Source: Phoronis australis (lineage: Eukaryota > Animalia > Phoronida). Taken from it: a DNA stretch of 64,000 nt. The stretch spans positions 19,631-83,630 of the forward strand of contig NMRA01000773.1 of assembly GCA_002633005.1 (NCBI GenBank), written 5' to 3'. Positions 35,191-48,598 of the stretch are shown one piece after another. Each line of letters begins with the position of its first letter. Within the stretch, counting starts at the first letter, position 1. The position numbers and the translations under genes were made by a program. The notes below the pieces were generated by a model that did not search any database, was not told where the DNA came from, and was given only the letters and a program-made list of their open reading frames with translations.

Positions 35191-38100
35191 TGATGGCCCG
35201 AATTTCGCCGACGTTACCCGATTTTTGACGAACAATTCCGACTTGTTTGTGTTTACTAACTTGTTGCAATCCAAACGTGGTGGCAATTGCTCTGATTTCA
35301 CGAAATGAACGGAGCAATTGTGAATAAAAGGTAATAAATTGAGGAAAAGTGTAATCAATTTAAAGTTTGGAAGTTAGCACGAACTTTGAAACGAAGGGAA
35401 TTAGTGTCTGACTTAGATACTCGAAATTACGACATCGTGGCGACTTGTATTTTTCCCATGACGGCAAACACAATCTGAGGTTCCAGTGGCGACCTGCACT
35501 CAAAAAGCAATAGTCCTGTGCTTTCAATTCTGGTGCACGTCATTGACAAGTGCTGTTTTCCGTCATATTTATTACACGCCATCAAGTTATCTGTCGTTCC
35601 GCTCAATGTTTTTTGGGGGGTCACGGTTGAATTGACTTCCCGTAATTTCACTGAAGTATAGTGCATACTGGATTGAGCCTTTTAATTTTGTGCTGCATTT
35701 GAAGGCAACTACATTTTCTTGATTTTTGAGTCTGTTCTGACTCCTTGACCCACTTTTTGCTCATCCCTGTTTCTTAAATCTTTACTGTTTGGAAGGGAAT
35801 AGTTGAAAGTTAGCAGGACATCTGGTTACCTTGAGATACTTCGGATTTGTAAAATCATGGGTTAGTCGACGCCCGATTTTCCCCTGATTTATTAAATCTG
35901 GAAAGTTTTGGCAATCTGGAGACACTGCCTCTCAATTCGTAGTGGTGAATGGTAGCGTTGAGATGAAACTACAGGTTTGGTGTATTTCTATTCGTTTTCT
36001 AAACTGATTTTGGATTCAGATTCAACGGATTTTCGAAATATTTGGCCCACTATACTCTTCAGATTTTCATGTTTTGCGCACCCGATGGAACAAGCGTCGG
36101 AGCTGCCAAGATTTGGTTTTTCAAGCCCAAACTCAGCCCGCAACAACCGTCAACACGATGTACATGTATTTGAAAAACGGCAGAATTGCCCTAGACGGAA
36201 GTTTAAAATTGATTTTTAAATAAACTTAAATGTGTCTTGAACTGAGGTGCTACTTGTATCTTGAGTAGGATCCAACTAACCTCCGTCCTATGACGTCATC
36301 TCAGATTATTGTCTTTGATAGTAAAAACTAATCTATTTAATAACGTGATCTTGACAAATATTTTAGAACACAGGTGGAATAGATCATTACTTATACAATT
36401 TGGCGGTCTGTGATATTGAGTCTGCGGTTGAATTAAAAAAAAAAAGTTTTTTCCTTTGATTCCTTCATTGTCCTGTGTTAGAGTATGTGTATTTGCATAA
36501 ACCATAACCGCCAATATATACCATCAAATGATGGCAATGGTTACGGATATTAATTGCCTTGACATGTTTTGAGTGTCTTCAAAGGATTTTCCACTCACCT
36601 ATGAATCATCATGATGGAGATTGGAAAAAACTGATATCATTCTGAGAAACAGCAAAATGCGCCGACGTTCACGGCATACATTGCTGCCTTCGGCACATAT
36701 TGCCACCTGTGTAGAGTGCGACAATATACACTGTATGCTGTCACATTGTGATGGCGCATATTGTAGCTCCCTAAAAGCATCTACCCTTAGCGAAATTGCG
36801 TAGCTGTGTACATATCGTCCTACGCAAAACTCTGTGAAGGCATGGGTGAATCTAAACTTTGGCAACCCGCAAGGCGGGGGAGACTCTAGATATTTTACCT
36901 GCAATATGTAATTTGCCCATCGACAATTGTCTATAATCGAAAACCCTTTGAAAACCAACACCAGGGAATGAAGACAAATCGACTCCCGTATGTGCGTATT
37001 TACGCCCATGCGCCTATGAGCATCCGAAACTATGCGTTTTTTCGAAACTTTACTCAGGTGCTTGGCATATAACAGTATGTGCCTGGTCGCTTTAAGACGC
37101 ATCTGTGAATTCCTTGTACAGGCGTTTGCCTAACCCGTTGGTTTTTGGGAAGGAAAGCAAGTTATAAACTTTTAAGGTCAAATAAGTGATTACATCAAAA
37201 GCATTCCGAGCACAAAAGCACGTACATGCATTACAATTTCACAAATACTCAAGTCAAGTTCAAAATAGCATCAGAATACCAACTACAAATTGATAACTAA
37301 CTCTAGACGTTTATAACGTTTATAAATATGTAAATCTTGAATAGACGTTGAAAAATCTCAAAATTTAAAAATGTGGTCCGCGCACCACCAGCTGGCCGTA
37401 TCGTTAGGTTATGTGATGTAGCCAACAAATGGCGTCCAAAAGAGACAAATATGTTGTATTTTACTTTAAAAACATATAGACTGCAGCGTCCCTTTCATGA
37501 TTCTCTCTGTATTAATTTAGATAAAATTTAAGGACAAAATGCCGTAGTCCTGTTTGATGAAATTCCCAAGACTAAAACTAAAACTAAGGCCGAAATGGGT
37601 ATAAACTAAGCCCGGACCAAAATTTTAAGACTACTATCACTGTGAACTATTGAGGAATAAATTTAGTTGATATTTTCTCAATCTAATGTCGCTAAACATG
37701 CCCAAGTAGACGGTCATACGACGACGCCTTTTCTGGGAACACCGATAACACAGAAACAATGTAACGTAGACCCGCATGGGTGGGTTTCTCTGTATCCAGA
37801 TCAAAGATTAGGATGCATTTCGGTGAATCACATAAAAGCAATTCGACCTGATTTGAATTTAAACTTTCTTGTTTATCAAACTCAGGTCCAGCATCTTTAA
37901 ACTAGCGTCAACATGGTCACTTTGGGCCGCTCTTATAAAACTGTTTTCTGTTGCTTCGTGGTAAAAAGTTTCATTGGTTCATGACCACGCGCAATCAAAT
38001 TACAGCGAAAACACAATCGAAATCAACGCCTTTTTCATCAATAAAGCTGTTCCCACCTTCGATGTGCAATGCATGTATGTTAGTACCTGGGACTTATTCA

Positions 38101-40765
38101 AATCATCATTGACAAAATCAATTGAACTCTCGCAAAATAAGTTATATACTTCTAATCCTGATATCTAAAGCATTATTTGGATTTGGAATTACGTTAACTA
38201 CATAAAACACCACAAAAATCCTGCTCCGTGAACATCAAGTACCTACAAACAATGTGCTTTCTAATATCAATGCACCTAACGTATATACACGAATTTAGAC
38301 CCAAGTGTCTGACTGTGAAGCCGTGACTATATCCATGTACCTACTGTACATGTAGGCGCGAAGTACCTTAATAAACATGATTTTTTACATTGAATCTTAT
38401 GAAGCTTGATTGATTTGTTTATTTGGTACATTTTATCGTGTTTTCAATTAAACAGTAGTCACTTACTGTAATTATAAGCTCCCGTGTACCAGCTGCGTTC
38501 TACGCCGTTAGACCGCAAAAGGTAGGCAATCGAAACGGGCCTTAATGACAACAGGTGTCAGTGAACAATTCTCACTGGGTCTTGCTGGGCACTGTGCACA
38601 TCGTTGGACTTGCCGCCTTTCTTCGACTCAGTTGCAACTCTATAATAAAACGAAAAATTATGAGTCATTTCACTTCAAAACGCTACACATGACCATGCGT
38701 TAGGTATTTTAGGTATTCCCGTTAGGGGACAGTTTTGAGTTTTATGGGGGTTCTAGTTGGTCGCCGATGGTGAGCAGATGTGTGTCATGATTTATCTGAA
38801 CACTGAGGCTGGACTTCATGTTTTCTTCATACTTTCTAAATAATGAACGTTATTTGTTTATGTGGTGAGCCTTTGCTACGGTGCGAACAGCAGCGTCAGT
38901 GTATGGAACTTGACTGCATTATTTTGGTGAACTTATGGAGTCAATGGAACACGTGACGACGCCTTGGTGATGAAGACTGAAGATGCCGCAAGTTTCAAGT
39001 TTTGGACTGTTGGTGCTGACGTTCGACCATGTCTTCGTCCCAAGTTTCGCGTAACTCGTGCATTATGAAATCGCATAAAAAACACGGATGACCCCACCAC
39101 CACTTGCCAGGCAAACACCCCTGGAGAAACAGTTTTCCATTCTCTGAAATTTTTCTTCATGACTTTAAAAAACCTGGACAAGCCTTCGCTGAACTGTACT
39201 GTAAATCCGTGTAATAGAAGTTATCTTGCACTTGTTCAAACTACATGTATGTATGGATAACAGCACATTTTCAAGTGCTGAACGAAGACGACCCATTAAG
39301 AGCTGAAGACCCATATACGACAGCGTGCTGACCTGATCCTCCAGCACTGGTAATTTACAAAACAATGTTCGCCAAATTTCTCTCTTTTCTAGATGTTTTG
39401 CCCCTGCCCCCCGTCCTTCGCATGTGCAGGCCGCCACTAAGGTTTCATCCTAACGCCTGCCAGTTATTGGGATGAGGCACCTACCCTCCCCGTTCCGCAG
39501 CTTCATACGTACATGCACCTGTTTAGTATGGTGCACCGACTCCACCCCATCGCTTGTAACACCTATGCGATTTTACTCAATCAAACTGAGTAGTACAGTA
39601 TGGTTTTCCTAATATTTTCCACTAATTTTTGTGTGTCTAGAAGACTTAAGCGCACATTCAAAGCAATGCTTTTAATTTTCATAAGTTGTTTGGTCTGGAA
39701 TCAATTGCTTCACCACAGTGCTGAATTTGGGATTGTACTAATAGCTTCTGTCGACAAGGTTTGCCCCCGTTTCGACATGAATTTGGAAAAAACCGTCTTT
39801 ATAACTGTCATTTCCCCTCGGGTCGTCACACCGTGAGAATCCCAAAGGGTGGCTTTACTTCTAAAAGAATCGGGATTTAAATGTACTCAAATAAGTACAA
39901 CAAGCGACGTCACTAATATGAATCCGCGGGGGTTTGAACAAATAGTTGAATTCAAAACTATTGCTAAACAATGGACAGAAGACGGATTTGTAACTCCAAT
40001 CTTAAAAACTGTGACCTCCGTCAGAAGCTTAACCGTAACCCAACGCCATCTAAATATCAGGCCACGTGTGGACACATTGGCACGCTCATGTATCTAACAG
40101 TCGAAGCCCAAGGTTTGCATCTGCACTTGTATGTGGGCAGTGAATGTGAACTGTCCCTGTAACCCTCGGAGTGAGTGAACTCTACGCAACTGCCTGTCAA
40201 AAGCGAGCCCATTTGGATTAAACTTCAGGTGTATGTAGGACCTTATCGACAAGTCTGTGCACTCGGCCAGGTATCTACAACACTAGAGTATAACTTAAGA
40301 CAATTACAGACATTTTATGAAAACATAAATCCTGTAGAATTTAAATTTGACTGCATACTGATCTGCCGTTGATTGGGTCACTGCATTTGACATGTTGCTT
40401 GAAAGTTACAAATGTAGCAAAACAGCGCTAAATGACAAACATTCGTTTGTTACAAATATTCAAGATGGAATCTGAAGACGTTGTTCTAAAATCGACGCAC
40501 AGTATACATGTACTAGTCTAGACGCATTTCTTGGAAAGAGCCCTGTATAAGGTTCTAGAAGCATTTTTTAGTAAAAGTTGGGAACAAGACTTTTTCACAC
40601 AATCAGGGTATGGCGAATTCAACTAACCCTGTTCCCAAGCCGAATTTTGCATTTTTGACCATCTAATTTGCATAAACAAAATGGCGGCCAAATTGTCAAC
40701 TTCAGATGTATTTTTGTAATAGAAATCACCATATACCATTTAAAATGGTGAAATGTCTCACCTGT

Positions 40766-41381
40766 NNNNNNNNNNNNNNNNNNNNNNNNNNNNNNNNNNN
40801 NNNNNNNNNNNNNNNNNNNNNNNNNNNNNNNNNNNNNNNNNNNNNNNNNNNNNNNNNNNNNNNNNNNNNNNNNNNNNNNNNNNNNNNNNNNNNNNNNNNN
40901 NNNNNNNNNNNNNNNNNNNNNNNNNNNNNNNNNNNNNNNNNNNNNNNNNNNNNNNNNNNNNNNNNNNNNNNNNNNNNNNNNNNNNNNNNNNNNNNNNNNN
41001 NNNNNNNNNNNNNNNNNNNNNNNNNNNNNNNNNNNNNNNNNNNNNNNNNNNNNNNNNNNNNNNNNNNNNNNNNNNNNNNNNNNNNNNNNNNNNNNNNNNN
41101 NNNNNNNNNNNNNNNNNNNNNNNNNNNNNNNNNNNNNNNNNNNNNNNNNNNNNNNNNNNNNNNNNNNNNNNNNNNNNNNNNNNNNNNNNNNNNNNNNNNN
41201 NNNNNNNNNNNNNNNNNNNNNNNNNNNNNNNNNNNNNNNNNNNNNNNNNNNNNNNNNNNNNNNNNNNNNNNNNNNNNNNNNNNNNNNNNNNNNNNNNNNN
41301 NNNNNNNNNNNNNNNNNNNNNNNNNNNNNNNNNNNNNNNNNNNNNNNNNNNNNNNNNNNNNNNNNNNNNNNNNNNNNNNNN
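40766..41381. other. Assembly gap inside the Academ element
   Basis: Run of N. Confidence 1.
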
Positions 41382-42860
41382 CGGGCGTGCCATGAAGTTG
41401 AATTGTTTTAGGACAGTCGATGTGTTAACTACTAATACTTCGGCAAGTGAAGATTTATCTCCAGTGCGCAATGTGCCACTCGTTTCTGTAAGAAAACATG
41501 GACTGGAAGAAGCTCGCGTTTGAGCACAGACGGCAAATCAACTGGCCGACCCGCCATATAAGCCGTAGCTAGGCAGCGAAGTATATCTCTCTCTGCCTTA
41601 AGAACTATTTTCTTGTCTTTGTCTTTGTCTTTGGTTTGTTTCACCACATCATATAAGTTGGCAAGTGTTGGGGCATTATTTTTGTGCATAGGCGCGTGAA
41701 TTGACATGTCTGAATTATCGCATTGCTCAGTGATAATCGGTCTCGAACAAATTTCTTAATTTGTTCGTGTCCAAGTTCCTTGGCATGTAAAAGTGACTCT
41801 TGGATTAGTGCTGTTACTAGGTCTTTTGGTGCAAGGTTTTGTGGCAGCTAAGGCCTTGCGGACGAGAAGACCTTCAATGCATATAGAATGCGTAAAGAAG
41901 GGAACTCTAGAAAGTTGCCTCGTGGCTTTGTTATGAAACTATGTATTCCCACAGCAGTAAGTTTGTTCAGCTATATGAGATTTCAGATTAAATGAGAGTG
42001 TCCACCTCTATAGAGCTGACGAGGTTTTGGTATTACCGATGATACCACCTCCTTTTTGCCTGCCCTATTTACCCACTGGTCAGAATCTACCTGACAGAGC
42101 ATATGAGGAGATCACTTGAGTACAAAATTTCCTGTTTGAAACTCTGACCAAACAGACTGAGGAAGCAGATGCATCTCGGCTAAAAAGACCGCATCCCACT
42201 CAAGCATAATTCGGTGGGGCAGCACGAGAGTAAATGAATAGAGATGCAGTTCCAAAATACCATCCCGTTGAGAGCATGTACTTTTATGTTGGAACCATGT
42301 ACATGTAACTCCACCAGAAGCTGAAATTCACATCATCAGAACTACTGTTGACAAAATGCCCAGGAGTTTCTTGAACTTATCATAATTGAGAAATGTTAAA
42401 ACTCCGGAATTTTCTGTGGATCATCATCTGCAGACATACTGGTAATACAAGCATGACAGTCGCTTCGGCAATAAACGAGAGAACGCTTGGCACATGCAGG
42501 AGATGCCACTGAGCTTGCAAAGACAGTTTGTGTGCCCTCATACTGTAGCTTTGCTGTACGACTTTCCACTGAGGAGCAGTTCCATAGGTCTTGACCAAGT
42601 ACTGCATTTTCTATACACACCTCAGCTTTTCCGGAATCAGTCATGTGATCTTCTATGGCCTTGATACAGTTCACTGATACGTGAAGAACCACTAAACGAT
42701 GTACTGTATTAACATATTTTGGTATTCTGGGACCGACCACGTAAGCTCCACTACTCTGCAGCAGAGTGCTTGGTCGACTGTGAGGACGGCATGTTCCTGT
42801 CCAAAATGGGACGATATGGCCATGCATCTCTTTACAACAGTATTTAAAAGTCACGTTGTT
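41382..42860 (-). pseudogene. Academ transposase remnant (frameshifts and stops)
   Basis: Fragments SGKAEVCIENAVLG, MRAHKLSLQAQWHLL, QVDSDQWVNRAGKK/GGIIGNTKTSSAL*RWTLS, LKAERDILRCLATAYMAGRPVDLPSVLKRELLPV and RTGDKSSLAEVL. Confidence 0.8.
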
Positions 42861-43500
42861 ATGTTTACAATACTTTCATGTCTTATCTAAAAAATTGAAT
42901 GTTCGTAAAAGGCATTGAAAATTATGATTTCTAATTTAATTCTCAAACTTTATTAATGACAATTTGTAACTTAGTGAAGATGAAATAAAAAGTTTCACAT
43001 GTGTCATAATGATTTTTCTAGACCTTCAAAACATACGTATAGACACCTTATTTGTCATGTTTGCCTGCAAATTGATAAAGTTACACCGAAATTTGAATTT
43101 TTTGGTAATGGCGGAAGCTAATTAGCATAATTGGGGAATTTAATGACGTTCATTAATATGCTCTTAAATTTAAGTGATCTAAACAAACTTATAGCAAAAA
43201 TTTCCTAATTATTCGTCACATATCTTACTCCTGGTCTTACGAATGTTTCTTATCTTGTTGGTTTGGCGGCCATTTTGTTTATGCAAATTAGATGGTCAAA
43301 AACTCAAAATCCAGCTTGGGAACAGGCATAATCGAAATCAGCACACCATAATTATGCTAAAAAGATAGGTTCTCCACTTTTACTAAAAAATGCCTCTAAC
43401 ATGCACATTTTCCAGAAATGCGTCTAGACTATACATGTTTGGGGCACTTCGCGCCGCGGATAAGATTCAATGAAAAATGTTTGAATTCAGCGCGTTAAGG

Positions 43501-43773
43501 TTTAAAAGCCTATCACTCTCATTTGATCCTGAATTGAAGTTGAATCAGCTGGTAATATAAGTTACAGGCAGCTCGTACAGGCGCCATTTTTTAATGTTAG
43601 GGATGGCCAACCCCACTAGCTCGGAAATATTTTTCTAGCCGATGATTGTTTCGATGTTCTTGTTGGTAACCGGAACCAAGTAATATCACGGTAAGGAAAA
43701 TGAACTGACGTGACTTGGAGTTCATTTTTCGTTTTTTGGCACCTAAAAAACAGGGGAATGCAATTTTGTTTAA
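43501..43773. mobile_element. TTAA MITE family C, partial copy
   Basis: aagttacaggca...gcgccatttt and tggtaac.g..atatcacggtaaggaaa are shared with 26190 and 26605. Confidence 0.5.
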
Positions 43774-46700
43774 AGGTCTAAAACTCGATTATTTTTCACA
43801 AATTCAACATTTTTGAGTTTTTGGCATTGCATTAGGTTTCATCCTTGACTAAAATGGTGATTGAGATCTGTATCCCTTGTGATACCGTTTCCATAGTTAC
43901 GGGTCTTTGAGTGCAGGTCAACAATGCACGTGACGCAAACGGGGAGTCGGCACAATTAAGCATAACAATTGGTGCAGGAGGAAATGTTAATTAACTAACC
44001 GAGTCACTCAATTTTCACTTGTCAAGTATGAAGCAAGTTGGACGTCCTCTCGAACACTCGTTTGTGCAAAGAAATGTAATATAAACATGTTCAAATGCCT
44101 TTAACAAAATGAAATTAACGGAGCTGAGCTATGAGGCACAATAATATAAGGTTTAACCTAACTACATTATCGTCGGCCGACGCCACTTTCAATTAGTTTG
44201 ATATTTTACACAAGAGATCCTGTACTTATGAGAACATTGACGTCGGTAAAGTGGCTAATTTGAGACACGGTTACAGTACGTGCACGTCAAAGTTGTTTGC
44301 TAATTGGTGTTGAGCTATTGTTTGAGCACATGCACATCATGGAAGGTATCGACGCGCTCGTGCTTCAACGAACATTGCATTGAAATGACGAGTTCAACAG
44401 ATTACCAGAACGAGACGATTGACGCACTCATTAATATAGCCAAGCACCCAATAAGGGTACGTAGGAGCTTATTGACATGTCTGTGCATTTAGCAATGTAT
44501 CCTGAAAGCTACAATTTTTAACTCAGTGAAAGTATATATTTTACTAAATAACTAAGCCGGCAAAGCTTAATATTTGAATTTTTACCAATCTGTTATCAAC
44601 TGCGTCGCGTGACCACGCCTTTTACGTAAATTTATCAAAAACACATGGGAAGCAAAACAAGGGAATCACTGGCGTGATCAAAGTTTATTTGATATAAATA
44701 TTCAAGGTAAGATGTCACAAACGCCGATTCCCACTAGAATGTGTTTGAATTGGTGAAAAGTTTCAGAACATTACATGAGTCTATCAATATCCAAGCACGG
44801 GCTTGTGACAAATAGTTGAAAGTCCGTTAAAGTTAGTTACAGGTGACTTACACTTGAGTTGCACTGAAGAAAGTCGGCAGTTAAGCGACAGTCAATGGAG
44901 ACCAAGCTATAGAGACAGCAAGTTATTGAATCACCGAGTGTAGCAGTCGCCGAATGTTCATCACAAGTGAAGGATTCGCAGCACTAGCTGGAACATAAAA
45001 CAGACATTACGTCTGACGTTTTGTTCGAGTAGGCTTATGCACGTACGGCCGAGATTAATTAAATTATTAACTCGAACCAGTCTTTAGTCTCTCGTCGCAC
45101 CGAAAGCTTTTAGCACCAGTCTGTAACAACCTGTGCCCACTCATACACGGGGAAAATGTGACAGATTGGTTGCGACCGCGAAACTCCAGATTTGAAAGTG
45201 TACTTAGTCTGTTCTCAGAAAATCACGAGTCGCTGGTAATGCCATAAGGTGCTATAGTTCTATGACCGAGAAGGTTATGGTTTGCGTTCATGATTGTCTA
45301 AACCTAATTTCCACTTGATGACCGCAGCGAGCAATCTATAATGTCGAGGCTGAACTGAAATTTCGAATTTTTACTCGAAATCTCGAGGTTTTACTCGAGT
45401 TTGTAGCTCAAATCTAGGGATCATTAAGTGCGCACTAAGACAAGAACTTTATTTGCGTAAATCATATAATGTACTGGCGTACAGGAAGATAGCAGACTCG
45501 CTCCCAGGATCAACATGGCGCTGATTGGTTTTTGCCAAACCGATCAGCGCTATCTTGAGGCTTGGGAACGACCCTGAGACCGAAAGATAGCCACAGGCAT
45601 ATAACGCAGAACGAAAAATGCCCAACTTAATCTTGACATCGATTTCCGATGCACCGATTTGACCCCAGGCCTTGGTCAGAGTTAACGGAGCACGCCACTC
45701 AAAAAACAACCTAATTTGTATCAACTTAGATCGAGTAGTTCTACTCCATAACGGCACGTTCGGTTGCGTTACCTGACACCTGACGGCAGACGGAGGTGTT
45801 GAAATTATCAATGACGAAATTTGTTTCACCCGCAGTCTGTTCAGCAGATCATAACACGGGCTACTGTTGTCAGCTTATCGCTTGAATTCATCGTTTAACA
45901 ACAATCAATCATCAAACTTCGATGTAAAACTCTTAAAAATACACCCAGTTCTTATAAAAATGTGGTGTTTTATTTCGCTGTAACGGATTTATTGGTATTT
46001 GGACACACCCGTAGCCTCCAAAATTCGGCAGGCCAATAAGGTCGTAGCAGGAGTTTGGGGTCTGTTCGGAGACAAATTCGAAGTATTTTCCGTGAGATAC
46101 AGACAGGAGAACCCAGACCTGTGTTATTTAGACTTGTGATTTTTTTAGTTCTACACACACAAAACGCTTGTTATCCTGGCCAGTGGCTCGGAGCCCCATC
46201 AGGCCCGTCGCGGCCGGCCGGATTGACTCTTTATCCCGGCCAGTGGCTCGGAAAATGATCAGACATCATGAATATGAACCAGCCAAAGTTGGAAACTAAA
46301 ATTCAATTCAAGAAAATACTATACTAGTGAGCCAAAGTAATGCGCACGTGATTATTTTGGTGAATTACCCACGAAACTACGGCAAATCTACTCGTCGGGA
46401 GCCGCGAAGTTGTACATTGACAATCATTATTTTAATAATGTAAATGCAAATAAAGTCTCCCCTAACACCAGGCCGGGGGTTGGAAATCAACTGAGTTGTT
46501 TCACAACAGTTTCTGCCAGCAAACAATAAATTAGCATGAGCTCACACGGCCTCGGTGTCCCGTCAACTAGTTTTATTGCACCTAAAGCCGGTAACGCAGT
46601 GATTTATTCATTGCTGGGTTCTCAAATCATTTGCACTCACGAACACTCTAAAGGCATTACAAATTGCATCTAATGAGGCAGACTTTGTTTCAGATTTATA

Positions 46701-46839
46701 TAAGTATTGGTTAGGGTGAGAATAATTCCTTTTGAAACAGAAAGCTCAGTAATAAACATCAACATGGCAACTCGCAATCCCGACTTAGACGAGAGCTCAT
46801 CAGTCGACCCCTACGAAGACTTCGCAGGTGGATCGTTAA

Positions 46840-48129
46840 AGGCGAAGGCAACCTTTTTTCATGTCACTTTTAGCAAAAATAAGGATTTTCGTAATTTGAT
46901 TAATTTCTCGTCCTCTACTCCGGAAGTGACGTTTTGGGAGGCAAGAGTTTCGCGCCAATTTCTTTTCATTGTAGTCTGACTGAGAGCTGTAGAGTTAGTC
47001 ATTGTTCTGCCTCGGTTGTGATAAGTTCGTTCGTCATTTGCTTTTGTTTACAAGTCAGTCAACATGCCACGCTGTTGCTGCGTGCCGGGATGTACTCATT
47101 ATCGTCTCACACGCGCTTTGGGTACCTTGCGTCGCTTTCCGAAGGATGACACACTTCGCCGTACTTGGCTAGCTCGTTCATGTGAAGAACGCAGTGCTAC
47201 CCGTCCACGCAACGTACGAAGCAGTGGAGGGTTACCGAGTGTGTGGCAAGCATTTTCTGCCGTCAGATTACGACAGAGATATGTACGCTGAATTGATGAA
47301 GGTCCCAGCGAAACAACGCCTGAAGAAGGGTACCATACCGTCGCTGTTGATTCCCGGCAGTGCCCCGTCGCCAACCCCGAGAAGTGCGTTTTTGAAGCGA
47401 GAAGCCTCGCGAGCTGTGGCCACTATATACAGTGATTGGAGGCACTTCATCTACTGTCACCCGTGCCTTCGAACGTACCCCATTGCGTGCAATTCCGGGA
47501 ACTAGCAGTGATTCGCCCTGTGCTGTTGTCTCTAGCCCAGAGCCTGTAAGCAACCCTGCACCGATGTTGAGTAGTGGGAGTGAATACAGGCCCAGTTCGA
47601 CACCTAGTGAAGAGGACAGTTCGTCATCCCATGAACAGATCGGTGAGCCTAAGTTTGACAAGTTTATTGTGGACTTGTATTTGAGCTAGAAGGTGCCAGG
47701 TGTGTGGCGAGGGAGTCACACGGCGGGATGTAAGCAGTTTGGGTGCTCAGATCACCCTCCAGTGGGAGTGTGTCGCGGGAAACTCGGGCAAGTGGGACAG
47801 TTCTTCCTCTGTACGTGAGACGATAATGAGTACACCCAGTACGCAGCAACAGCGTGGCATGTTGACTAAATCGTAAACAAAAGCAAACGACGACCGAATT
47901 GATCACAACCGAGGTAGAACAATGACTGACTCGACTGCTCTCACAGTCAGACTATATGAAAAGAAATTGGCGCGAAAATCTTGCCTCCCAAAACGTCACT
48001 TCCGGAGTAGACGACGAGTAATTAATTAATTAAATTACGAAAAGCAGTAAATAAGTGAAAAATATGTCTGGGATAATCAACGAACCTTATTTTTGCTAAA
48101 AATGACATGAAAAAAGGTTGCCTTCGCCT
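46840..48129 (+). mobile_element. Kolobok-type family B element with ~280-320-bp inverted arms and TTAA TSD
   Basis: TTAA|AGGCGAAGGCAACCTTTTTTCATGTCA ... TGACATGAAAAAAGGTTGCCTTCGCCT|TTAA. The empty site ggatcg-ttag-gtttcac is seen in family A copy 1. Confidence 0.92.
47064..47780 (+). pseudogene. Transposase N-terminus: THAP domain, acidic linker and start of Zn-finger region (frameshifted)
   Basis: MPRCCCVPGC..RRFPKDDTLRRTWLA / KNAVLP..YRVCGKHFLPSDY..RLKKGTIPSL, then EYRPSS..KFIVDL / RRCQVCGEGVTRRDVSSLGAQITLQWEC. Confidence 0.88.
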
Positions 48130-48286
48130 TTAAGTTTCACAGGCTATCAATTCGAACAGGAATACAGTGATGAAGAAATACTAGAGAGGCGCCGTGAACA
48201 AGCTCAGACGTAAGCCGGGATTCGTCACTGTCGACGACTGCAAGCCACAGACACGGAGATGTTTCACGGCCTCATACTTGCTATTT

Positions 48287-48598
48287 CATAGGCTGATTTA
48301 GGGGAGTACCCCAAGAGGCCCGCCCCCATTTGGCAGGTGCAAGGAAAATTAAACAGCGGCAGCGTGAAGAAATATCGAGTGCACCAATTTGGAATGGCAG
48401 CGGGGGGCCCCAGAGCGCGGCAGAACCGTCTTCCGTTTTTTGTTTTTTAGACCTCCGATAGAATTTGGGTGCACCAGAGTCCACATCGTCAGCCCCCTCA
48501 AATTTTCGGGCCGCCTGCGCATACAATCGCGCTTTGCCCAATTCTCCGAGACATCATCTTGGGCGACCCCTTATCATGGTATCCTAGATCCGCCACTG
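48287..48598. mobile_element. GC-rich MITE with 5-bp TSD (hAT5-like) inserted in the THAP remnant
   Basis: TATTT|cataggctgatttagg ... cctagatccgccactg|TATTT; absent from family A copy 1. Confidence 0.8.

Larger units (their letters stand above)
40514..43431 (-). mobile_element. Academ DNA transposon, internally deleted and decayed
   Basis: TAC|TAGTCTAGACGCATTTC ... GAAATGCGTCTAGACTA|TAC: TAG..CTA termini, 3-bp TSD and imperfect TIRs of >=170 bp. Transposase remnants inside. Confidence 0.85.

Noticed and set aside
36599-37102. 167-aa ORF
   Set aside because: No recognisable motif or exon context.
40706-41523. Long ORFs of 229-256 aa
   Set aside because: They are translations through the N gap.
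43769-44104. TTAA MITE with AGG...CCT ends
   Set aside because: The putative TIRs disagree after AGG, so they may be ends of different elements.
47064-47505. Host THAP transcription-factor gene
   Set aside because: Frameshifted, lies within TTAA-flanked TIRs and has decayed paralogs in the window.
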